Below, piece by piece: positions 56,481 through 64,000 of a DNA stretch of 64,000 nt. Source of the stretch: a virus (lineage: Duplodnaviria > Caudoviricetes); the IMG/VR virus record IMGVR_UViG_3300020045_008142, positions 6,372 through 70,371 of that record; one strand, 5' to 3'. The notes under the pieces are model-generated. The model worked only from the letters and a program-made list of their open reading frames with translations. It was not told the DNA's origin and did not search any database. Numbering within the stretch: the first letter of the stretch is position 1; each line of letters opens with the position of its first letter. The position numbers and the translations under genes were made by a program.

Positions 56481-57315
56481 AATTATTTTGTCCTTTGAAG
56501 TTGACTATATTTGAGCCTCGATTGGTGTGTTCGGCACTATCGGGGCTTTTTTGTGCCTGTATGCTTTGTCTTGCTGTAATTGCTGTTTTGATAAATCCGT
56601 CAAATAAACATGGGCTATTAGCTCTTGTTTCACCTTTTTGTGATAACCATCCCATTGCTCCCATAATTCCCTGCTCAACATCTTCGATTGTGTAACCCTG
56701 TTTCACCCATTCAACAAACATTGGAACTGTCTTTGCTGTTTGCGCTTCGTGAAATTTAAAGCCTTGGACATTTACAAAATAAGCTATCCATTCGTGAGAG
56801 TTTTCAGGTGTTTTTGTGATTGTTTGTTTTTCGTTATTTGCAGGTTTTGAGTTGTCGTTTTGAGTTGTCGATTTTTTTTCTTCGCACGCGCTAACAACAC
56901 TACACTCTCTTACTGATTCAATATTACAAGCTTTGTGCAACTCAGGATTGCTACTACCGTGCAACTCAGGATTGCTATTAACATCTAGTAGCAACTCAGG
57001 ATTGCTACTACCGTGCAACTCAGGATTGCTATTAAATCTACTTAGGTCGTACCTGCTTGACGTATTCTTCCCTTTAGTTTTTTGAGTTTCATAGCTAATA
57101 ATTCCCTTTTTTGTTAAAGATAAAATTAACCGAGATACTGACTGCCTTTGTAGTCCAGCTCTGTCTGCGATAGTTTGGTGAGACGGATTGCACTGATTGT
57201 AATTAGGGCTTTTTTTGTCGCCATTGTGAAACGTGCATAAAATCATCAGTACCAGTTTTTCAGTGCTGGTAATTCCTGTTAGTTTTGCCGCGTTATCTAC
57301 CGCTTGATAACTCAT
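56275..57315 (-). CDS. replication initiator (lambda O-like, N-terminal HTH)
   Basis: EKLVLMILC...CNPSHQTIADRAGLQRQSVSR..LSL..KG; internal iteron array. Confidence 0.8.
   Translation of the reverse strand: MSYQAVDNAAKLTGITSTEKLVLMILCTFHNGDKKSPNYNQCNPSHQTIADRAGLQRQSVSRLILSLTKKGIISYETQKTKGKNTSSRYDLSRFNSNPELHGSSNPELLLDVNSNPELHGSSNPELHKACNIESVRECSVVSACEEKKSTTQNDNSKPANNEKQTITKTPENSHEWIAYFVNVQGFKFHEAQTAKTVPMFVEWVKQGYTIEDVEQGIMGAMGWLSQKGETRANSPCLFDGFIKTAITARQSIQAQKSPDSAEHTNRGSNIVNFKGQNNYDTSRQQQQHIIKETSIQRQMREGTERMQAREQLERDALRHQNDGSIVATYDSHLQPQVDFIDGSIGN
56937..57031. repeat. replication origin iterons, 4 x GCAACTCAGGATTGCTA
   Basis: Exact 17-bp copies at 56937, 56961, 56991 and 57015; A-rich tract adjacent at about 56810-56880. 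Confidence 0.9.
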
Positions 57316-57626
57316 AAATCACCGCCATTAGTAATGTCATAATTAGGCTTTCCATATTTCACCCAATTAAAGCAAATCCCAATTGTTGCAAGAACTACCG
57401 AATCAACGTTATTTCTTCCTTTTTTTGCTATGCACAGAGCATCTAAGCAGCTACTTGTCCCCAGCAACATAATATATTCAGCAAATAATTCACGCCCCGT
57501 CCCAGTTAAGAAGCTACGCGGAAATATTGCTGTAATTGCATCTGAAATAATATCTAAACAAGCCGATTCTTGATCTGAATAACCGATATTTTCTATATCA
57601 GTCCTAAGCTCTTCTAAATTAACCAT
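57312..57626 (-). CDS. hypothetical protein
   Basis: 104 aa, ATGA overlap with the initiator gene. Confidence 0.65.
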   Translation of the reverse strand: MVNLEELRTDIENIGYSDQESACLDIISDAITAIFPRSFLTGTGRELFAEYIMLLGTSSCLDALCIAKKGRNNVDSVVLATIGICFNWVKYGKPNYDITNGGDL

Positions 57627-57628
57627 AA

Positions 57629-58012
57629 CTACCCCCTAGCCCTAATCATCGCAAACGCCGCGCTAAACGATGGTATAGGCTTCTTTTCAACAGCCGCTTG
57701 CTTAGCATGATGTGTCGCTAAAATTGCCAAAACAGCTTGGTTTCTGCTTGATAAGCCGTGTTTTTCTTGATAAGCCACTAGACACTTAACGCCGACTTCG
57801 TTCAATAAAAATGAGGTTGTAATGCGTTGACTTGTGTCAACTAATCTGGCTTTTTCGTAAGCCACGCGATTAAAGTCAGTCAATGCAATGCGAGTAATAA
57901 CTGCTTTTGTATGACTAGACCTGTCTTTAACACCATTAAATAAATACGGCGGCACTACTAAATTTATTGGTTTCATTTTTAGCTCCAAACAGGGCTGGGG
58001 TTGTACTTGCAA
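57629..58012 (-). CDS. hypothetical protein
   Basis: 127-aa ORF. Confidence 0.6.
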   Translation of the reverse strand: MQVQPQPCLELKMKPINLVVPPYLFNGVKDRSSHTKAVITRIALTDFNRVAYEKARLVDTSQRITTSFLLNEVGVKCLVAYQEKHGLSSRNQAVLAILATHHAKQAAVEKKPIPSFSAAFAMIRARG

Positions 58013-58219
58013 CGCGCTTTATGTATCGCGCTCATGCGTTTATGTTTACACCTAGGGCAGTCGTGCGGGTTAGATTGATGATGACCTTGCCCGACCGTCA
58101 CGCCGCGACCAAGGACCATGCCCCGCGATTTAGTACCGAAAATCGCAATACTCATTGGCAATCCCACCAGTGAATAAATATCACAATAAAAAACACGGCG
58201 GCGAACATTGATAGTTGAA

Positions 58220-58441
58220 TCATGCCAATACCTCTGTTGGTAAGTGACTGCGGCAGTCGCGTTCTAAATCAGCATCGAACGGAACGCCGCCAAGGGTTTC
58301 AGTGTAAAATTTAATTCTCGCTTGCTGTGTTAAATAGCCCTTGTACTCATCCCACTGACGACAAAATCCGTTATCGCCGAATTTAGATTTTTCATTGTGC
58401 TGTTTGAAATAGCCGCACTTGCCGCACGTCACCGTACTCAT
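58220..58441 (-). CDS. small Cys-containing hypothetical protein
   Basis: CGKCGYF motif; GTGA overlap. Confidence 0.6.
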   Translation of the reverse strand: MSTVTCGKCGYFKQHNEKSKFGDNGFCRQWDEYKGYLTQQARIKFYTETLGGVPFDADLERDCRSHLPTEVLA

Positions 58442-58668
58442 TGGTTTTCCTCGACAATGATTTCATCAGCCAGTGCCATTGCTACATCCCAGAAATACCA
58501 GATAGCAACACCGAAAACGGCTATAAAAGCCAAGCCCCAAAATAGTAATTTCATTTCACGCCCTCGATTTTCAGTAATTTCATAACAGCGATTAACGCCC
58601 GTTTTTTGATTTTTTCGATAAGCAGTTGTGCGATTACTGCTATTAATTCGATGCTTATGCTTAACCAC
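58438..58668 (-). CDS. small membrane protein
   Basis: One hydrophobic helix; true start may be the internal ATG (MKLLFW). Confidence 0.45.
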   Translation of the reverse strand: MVKHKHRINSSNRTTAYRKNQKTGVNRCYEITENRGREMKLLFWGLAFIAVFGVAIWYFWDVAMALADEIIVEENQ

Positions 58669-58695
58669 GGCATTCTTCTGTTAGTCCAGTGCATA

Positions 58696-58935
58696 TCAAT
58701 CCTTGAGTCCAAGGGCGATTCTTACTGCCATGACGCGCTCGTTGTTTTCGCCTTGAATGAGGTCGAGTTCGCGATATAAGCGTCCTAATTGAGCGTTTAT
58801 CGTGTGTTCAGAAACTCCCATTTCTCTAGCCATGCCTTTGTTAGATTTGCCGCGTAATACGGCAATCCAGACATCAATCACTCGCGGGGTTAATCGCGGG
58901 TACTTGTTTAAAACCTCGCTTGGTATCGTTGCCAT
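58696..58935 (-). CDS. LuxR/GerE-type HTH regulator
   Basis: LTPR...GKSNKGMAREMGVSEHTINAQLGRLYRELD. Confidence 0.8.
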   Translation of the reverse strand: MATIPSEVLNKYPRLTPRVIDVWIAVLRGKSNKGMAREMGVSEHTINAQLGRLYRELDLIQGENNERVMAVRIALGLKD

Positions 58936-59008
58936 CTGTTACTCCTTAGTTATTTACTGTTAATTGCTCAATGCAATTGTTGGGTTTTGTTGTTCGAGTA
59001 AACTGTTG

Positions 59009-59197
59009 TTAAGGGTTTTTGTTGAGGAAGTCCTCAACTTTTGCAACACGGTCAAGCGTTGGGTTAGTAATTACATTTTGTGCAAACTTCTCTAGCCAAT
59101 GAGGATTTACCTTAGCCATGCGGCTAATCTCCGCCCGTGTTTCTGTTCGCTGATTTAAAGCATTGCGGATGCTACAAACCCGCTCTGTAATGCCCAT
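59009..59197 (-). CDS. Cro-like HTH protein
   Basis: 62 aa, RAEISRMAKVN...NPTLDRV; divergent from the repressor. Confidence 0.7.
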   Translation of the reverse strand: MGITERVCSIRNALNQRTETRAEISRMAKVNPHWLEKFAQNVITNPTLDRVAKVEDFLNKNP

Positions 59198-59230
59198 TTT
59201 GCTGCTCCTTTTAAGTAAAAATAAGGTTAT

Positions 59231-59294
59231 ATCTTAGTAATAAGTTACTAAACAAGCAAGTAATAAAATACTTTTAAATAAAAAAACATTACTA
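59231..59294. promoter_or_regulatory. O_R/P_R region: three dyad operators and the cro promoter
   Basis: TAGTAA-N4-TTACTA (59235-50), AAGTAA-N4-ATACTT (59258-73), TAAAAA-N4-TTACTA (59279-94); minus-strand TTGCTT-17-TAAGAT. Confidence 0.7.
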
Positions 59295-59361
59295 ATGGAA
59301 GTTGGTATTGTTGTGCTGCCTGTATCACGCAAGGTTAAAAATTCATACTGAGTGAGTCAAA

Positions 59362-59706
59362 ATGAAAACTTCACATGAGGCTATTGCCAGCAATCTAAAA
59401 AGGTTGATGGCAGAAAGACAGCTAACCCAAACACAGCTAGCCGATAAAACTGGGGTTAGCCAAAAAACAATATCAAATATGATAAATTCTGGTAGTGTTG
59501 GCAGTATTACAACGGAATCGATAGAAAAAGTCGCAAGGTTCTTTGGAATAGAGGCGTATCACTTGATGATTCCCAATCTTCCTACCGAAGAATTAACTAA
59601 CAATGAAATCGAAAAAATCATTAATTATTACGCGCGATCAACAAGAGAGAGTCGTGTAAATATCGCAAGAGTTGCTGAGCTAGAAAGCAGATATTCAGTA
59701 ATATAA
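59362..59706 (+). CDS. CI-like XRE repressor without an S24 peptidase domain
   Basis: NLKRLMAERQLTQTQLADKTGVSQKTISN; only 114 aa. Confidence 0.8.
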   Translation: MKTSHEAIASNLKRLMAERQLTQTQLADKTGVSQKTISNMINSGSVGSITTESIEKVARFFGIEAYHLMIPNLPTEELTNNEIEKIINYYARSTRESRVNIARVAELESRYSVI

Positions 59707-59731
59707 TCCCCACATAAAGTAAAAAAATTCT

Positions 59732-59770
59732 AAAACGCTCACTGGCTTTGCTGGTGGGCGTTTTTTTTTT
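59732..59770 (+). terminator. rho-independent terminator after the repressor gene
   Basis: cgctcactgg...ctggtgggcg followed by a long T run. Confidence 0.75.
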
Positions 59771-59787
59771 GCAAAAATATACTACTC

Positions 59788-59834
59788 TAGTAATTTATTA
59801 CTTGACCTTATCACTGTTTAGTATTAAATTACTA
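59788..59834 (+). promoter_or_regulatory. O_L/P_L: two dyad operators overlapping TTGACC-17-TAAATT
   Basis: TAGTAA-N4-TTACTT (59788-803) and TAGTAT-N4-TTACTA (59819-34). Confidence 0.75.
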
Positions 59835-60030
59835 CCCAGTCCTAGCCAAAACAGGACGCACCATCGCCGACAGGAAGTCTGGCACTGCTCATTAAAAACA
59901 TGGTCGCCCTATTCAATATTACCTGCCGAGGATTATCGGCATTGATACGGGCAAAAGAAAAATGTAAATCGCTGGGCAATCGTTTTTGATTGCTCAGTGG
60001 GTTTATGTTTTTAACGAAGGATAAAATGAA

Positions 60031-60756
60031 ATGAAAGAAGTAATAGAGGTAAAGCCACACGCAACACTTATACAAGCGGTTTCTGCTAGAGATTTATATT
60101 TAGGTCTTGGTCTAGCAAAAGACCAATGGTCAAGATGGTATAAGGCGAATATTGAAAACAATGACTTTTTCAAAGAAAGTCAGGACTGGGTAGGGTTCGA
60201 CATTGTGTCGAGCGGAAACGAAACCAGAGATTTTGCCATATCAATTGATTTTGCTAAGCACATTTCGATGATGGCAAAGACTAAAAAATCACATGAGTAC
60301 AGAGGTTACTTTATCGAGTGCGAAAAGAAGTTGATCGCTCAACCCACACTAAACCCCGCAAACCTTTCAAGGCTTCAATTAATTCAACTGGCACTTGAAG
60401 CCGAGCAGGAGTTACAGGAAGCAAAACAAGAAATTGCGGTGCTTGAACCTAAAGCACTGGCACTTGACCGCATATCAGGTTCAGACGGCACGATGTGCTT
60501 AACTGATGCCGCTAAAAACCTCAGTGTTCCCCCGCAAAAATTAAACGGTGCGTTGTCATTTAATAAATGGATGTTCAAGCGTTCTGGCGGTTCTCACTGG
60601 ATAGCATATCAGGACAAAATTCAAGCGGGTTATCTTGACCATAAAACATACCCTGTCAAATTACCAGACGGCACTGAAAAAATAACGCAACAAGTCAGAG
60701 TTACAGCAAAAGGTCTAGCAAAACTTTCATGTCTTGTTTCTCAGTGGGGTATGTGA
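60031..60756 (+). CDS. AntA/AntB-type antirepressor with KilA-C domain
   Basis: AVSARDLYLGL...IDFAKHISMM...YRGYFIECEK; C-terminal MCLTDAAKNL...AYQDKIQAGYL...VRVTAKG. Confidence 0.85.
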   Translation: MKEVIEVKPHATLIQAVSARDLYLGLGLAKDQWSRWYKANIENNDFFKESQDWVGFDIVSSGNETRDFAISIDFAKHISMMAKTKKSHEYRGYFIECEKKLIAQPTLNPANLSRLQLIQLALEAEQELQEAKQEIAVLEPKALALDRISGSDGTMCLTDAAKNLSVPPQKLNGALSFNKWMFKRSGGSHWIAYQDKIQAGYLDHKTYPVKLPDGTEKITQQVRVTAKGLAKLSCLVSQWGM

Positions 60757-61004
60757 TGAAAAAACCATCTATTCAAAGGCGCGTGGAGCTACGAAAGCTG
60801 TACACGGAAACGTGCTTAAAGTTTGGTGCTGAAATAAGCGAAGTAGAGGAAGCCGTTTTACATAAAGAAACGGACGATATGCTACGAAAAATGAAACAAG
60901 TTGACAGGGTATTTTTTGTTGGTCTGTCATGCGCCGATGCGGAAGCCGCTGGTCTTGGTAAGTCATCTCCTACGATTGAGTTACCGCCATCAAACTATAA
61001 ATAG
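60753..61004 (+). CDS. hypothetical protein
   Basis: GTGATG overlap with the antirepressor stop. Confidence 0.55.
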   Translation: MMKKPSIQRRVELRKLYTETCLKFGAEISEVEEAVLHKETDDMLRKMKQVDRVFFVGLSCADAEAAGLGKSSPTIELPPSNYK

Positions 61005-61063
61005 AAAACACAAACTATTGGGTAATTTAGGTTATCCAGTGGGTTTATGTTTTTTTACCAACA

Positions 61064-61270
61064 ATGAGGATTTACAAAATGAAACCACTTGAGATAAAAG
61101 AGACTGCTCACATTAGAGCAATGGAATACTTTGAAAAAGAACATTGCTTAGCTTTGAATGCGCAAAGAAGAGAAACGCAAAGCTTCTGGAAAAAACCATC
61201 AAATACTATCGCAAAATCAACCAGAAACCCTGTAGTCAGAAAAACAAAAACAGGGTTTATCCATCGCTGA
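61064..61270 (+). CDS. hypothetical protein
   Basis: GAGG RBS; start 61064 or 61079. Confidence 0.5.
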   Translation: MRIYKMKPLEIKETAHIRAMEYFEKEHCLALNAQRRETQSFWKKPSNTIAKSTRNPVVRKTKTGFIHR

Positions 61271-61796
61271 AAACATAAACCGTTAGTCACTCACAAGTGA
61301 TTAGCGGGGTTTATGTTTTTGCTACTTCCTAGTAGCCAACACTCGCCCCAAACACTGGGGCATATTTTATCTGAACGCTTGGCTTACGCGGCAAAGTAAG
61401 CTGGTCAGTCGGAGGTTGCCGCAGTCATTAATGCTAACACCGACTATTAACGATAGCAATCTCACCGTTTTGCAGCTATGCGTTAATACTGATACTGAAC
61501 AGTAGTTGTTTTCAGGATGCCAATTTTAACCAACTGAATAGGCGGAAGGTGAAAATTAGCATTACCGCAGGGAAAGCGGTTTTTATTAACTCAACTTTGG
61601 AATCGAAATGAAAAAGTTTATGAAGTCGATTAAAGAATTATTGGAATTTGACCTGCGATTGTGTGCTATCGAGAGCGTAAACCCTTTTTATCATCGGGGT
61701 GCGAGCAGACATTGAAGGCTAGAGAATTTAACCAGTTAGGTAGTGACAGTACCTAGCGGTGGTTAGAGACTTTCTAACGCAACCTTGGAATAACAA

Positions 61797-62198
61797 ATGA
61801 AAAAAATTCTTTTTGCAATGGCAGTAATGCTTATGGTGGCGGCGTGTTCGGGCGATAAAGTTGGTTTTGATACTTTGGAATCAGCGCGAAAACAGGCTAA
61901 CGAAAATTCTGAGTTTAACGCACAGGTATTTCGATCTGGTCATCCTGAATTTGCTGGTTTTGCAATCATCACATCTGCCGATTCTTCGCAGGTAGCCGAA
62001 TGTCCGCAGGGTGATGGATGGGCTACGTTGTCGTTACTGGGTGCTGACAAAGTGACGAAAGTTCCGTTGAAATGCTCAACGGTTTCTGCTGGTATCGGGT
62101 GCTTATTGGATGCTGAATTTAAAGAAAAAGCCTACGCTTCACAGGATGGGTCTTGTAACACAGAAGTACCGTTCCCGATAAATAAAATACAGAAGTAA
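61797..62198 (+). CDS. predicted lipoprotein
   Basis: MKKILFAMAVMLMVAA-C lipobox; four further Cys. Confidence 0.75.
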   Translation: MKKILFAMAVMLMVAACSGDKVGFDTLESARKQANENSEFNAQVFRSGHPEFAGFAIITSADSSQVAECPQGDGWATLSLLGADKVTKVPLKCSTVSAGIGCLLDAEFKEKAYASQDGSCNTEVPFPINKIQK

Positions 62199-62424
62199 TT
62201 ACCACTAAGTCGCTTAGCAATAGGCGGCTTATTAGTAATTAGATGCGCTAATTGCTATACCTAAATTTCAACCGCTGATAGCAAGGCGGTTTTTTTATGT
62301 CTTGGAGAAAATGAAATGCAACAAAAAATACATTGTTCCAGATTTTCACATAAAAGACGCACCACGCACATTTTAACGTGGCTGTGTGAGCTGGCTTATC
62401 GCACAGATTTAAAAAGGGTTACTT

Positions 62425-62610
62425 ATGAGTAGATTGGATGAGCATGAAAAAGCAATCGGCGGCGATGAACCTACGCCGATTAGCGCATGGCTAACGGTTC
62501 TTGCAATTATCACTACCCTGATTATTGGTAGTGTTTCACTGGTATTTTTAGGAGATAGTTATGAAAACTGGATCGCACATCACACTACATCATGCGCTGG
62601 TAAATTTTGA
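62425..62610 (+). CDS. small membrane protein
   Basis: One TM helix. Confidence 0.55.
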   Translation: MSRLDEHEKAIGGDEPTPISAWLTVLAIITTLIIGSVSLVFLGDSYENWIAHHTTSCAGKF

Positions 62611-62670
62611 TTGTAAATCACGAAAAACACCGCCTGACACGCAAGCTAAGCTAGCAAAAAAACAAGGCTC

Positions 62671-62934
62671 GTGTGTTGGCATGGATTGCAAAAGCAACCC
62701 GTCACGGCGCGGATTTTGGGCGTGGTTGATGTCATGAGAGTAGAAATTAACCCGCTTGTTGCGGAAGCGCACAAGCTTAAATCTGATTTAGACCTACTGC
62801 AAAACGTCTATTCGGTTCGCAATGAACACGTTAAGGCTAGTCGATTAAGAATCACGCTTTATCGTGCAATTCAACGCTTTCATCGGCGTTTAGATAAATT
62901 CGAGTGGCGCAGTAATGAAACCCTTAGCGCATAG
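62671..62934 (+). CDS. hypothetical protein
   Basis: 87-aa ORF; start uncertain. Confidence 0.4.
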   Translation: MCWHGLQKQPVTARILGVVDVMRVEINPLVAEAHKLKSDLDLLQNVYSVRNEHVKASRLRITLYRAIQRFHRRLDKFEWRSNETLSA

Positions 62935-63832
62935 TGTCGGCGCGGGAAAGCCAGTAAAAACGGGGTTTAATGTCGATAACTTTGTATCAGCTATGGCATT
63001 GAAAGGTATAAAAATTAGAGTTAATGATCCACCGCCCAACAAGGCTAGGCGGTGGGGTGAACTAGACCATATAAACGGTCGCCCTGTGCGGTTTCCAGAT
63101 AATGACAGTTATTTGGAAGGGTTCAAAAGTTATGAACCGTTGATTGTAACACGAAGAATAGAAGGTAAGCAGCCTCAATACACGCTTGCGGATGTGGATT
63201 ATCAAACTGAACTAACGGGATTACCCGAATGGTTTAACACCCCTCATGAGACCCTTTATTATGCTTGTGCAGTTGATAACCCAAAACGCCTTGGATTTGG
63301 CTGGCGAATTACCGAGTACCACGAAAAAAACAAAACTTTCAAGCAGAGAGTTTTTGAAGATTCGCAAATTAAACCCGATGTTGCCCGACTTTATCAATCA
63401 GCGATAACAGGCGATTTATCCACTTCAATTGACCACGGTAAAACGTGGTTTGATGGTGGTGTTATGGATTATCCATTAATGCCAAAAGTCGAGATTAGAG
63501 AGTTACACGGTGGTGGTTATCGCGCTATTGGCAAAGGGTGGGATTGTGATTATCACTATGTTACCCGCGCATTTCCACGGCTTGATGAGCTTAAAAAGGG
63601 TTCGTTTAAGCTAAAACCACCTAGACCAACTCCGCCTAAATTTGATGACTTGTACTGGATAAATGACGAATGGTCGTGGTGGCAGTATCATCAAAAACAA
63701 CATGAAGAATGCCGCCTAGACTGGCTTTATGGCGATGAATATCGTTGTCCTTGCTATCACGCAAAAGTAGCGGAGTACGAAAGAGCAGTAAAAAAATACG
63801 AACTAGCCATTGAGAAATGGCTAAACCTTTAA
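62915..63832 (+). CDS. hypothetical protein
   Basis: 305-aa ORF, aromatic-rich. Confidence 0.75.
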   Translation: MKPLAHSVGAGKPVKTGFNVDNFVSAMALKGIKIRVNDPPPNKARRWGELDHINGRPVRFPDNDSYLEGFKSYEPLIVTRRIEGKQPQYTLADVDYQTELTGLPEWFNTPHETLYYACAVDNPKRLGFGWRITEYHEKNKTFKQRVFEDSQIKPDVARLYQSAITGDLSTSIDHGKTWFDGGVMDYPLMPKVEIRELHGGGYRAIGKGWDCDYHYVTRAFPRLDELKKGSFKLKPPRPTPPKFDDLYWINDEWSWWQYHQKQHEECRLDWLYGDEYRCPCYHAKVAEYERAVKKYELAIEKWLNL

Positions 63833-64000
63833 ATTAGATTAGGAATTATTTATGAATGCAGTAGTTGAAAGAAAATATCACCCGATCAGCTTCAATCTTT
63901 TTTTCTTCGGATTTGCGCTTTTCTTCGGCTTTGATTTTCTCGTCAATCGGTTTTTCAAGCAGCAAAAGTTCAGCGGTGATTCGTTCCGCTTCGCTATCTA

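Noticed and set aside
56937-57031. Four 17-bp repeats as a CRISPR mini-array
   Set aside because: Spacers are only 7-13 bp and two are identical, the array is inside the initiator ORF, and there are no cas genes; these are iterons.
61300-61800. tRNA genes
   Set aside because: No cloverleaf with a T-loop GTTCRA consensus found by eye.
1-64000. Integrase, att core or plasmid partition genes
   Set aside because: No tyrosine or serine recombinase or ParA motif recognised; these may lie outside the window.

Overview
The whole window is one temperate tailed-phage (prophage-like) genome segment with no recognisable host genes, probably from a proteobacterial host. The control and replication region (about 53.6-61 kb) is lambdoid: a divergent cro/cI-like HTH pair with shared dyad operators, an O-like initiator with four iterons, a P-like loader and DnaB with an intein. 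The virion genes (about 3-51 kb) encode a contractile-tail phage whose capsid, portal, prohead protease, sheath, tube and neck proteins resemble the SPO1/A511/Twort (Herelleviridae) type. These late genes sit in alternately oriented blocks, most preceded by the same motif TCGTGACA-N-(-10 hexamer); at three sites the predicted +1 is the A of the start codon. Main accessory findings: (i) an HNH endonuclease gene hidden out of frame inside an intact DNA methyltransferase ORF; (ii) three large proteins sharing a His-rich N-terminal leader with a hydrophobic-K-S/A motif and carrying different cargoes (DdrB-like ParB, InPase-type, others), suggesting a capsid-loading and processing system analogous to P1 Dar/Ddr; (iii) two paralogous c4/CI-type antisense RNA modules with co-varying specificity boxes; (iv) five antirepressor/Rha-type genes; (v) an IS200/IS605-like end scar truncating a gene. 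No integrase, tRNA, rRNA or CRISPR array was seen. All family assignments come from recognising motifs by eye, not from database searches.
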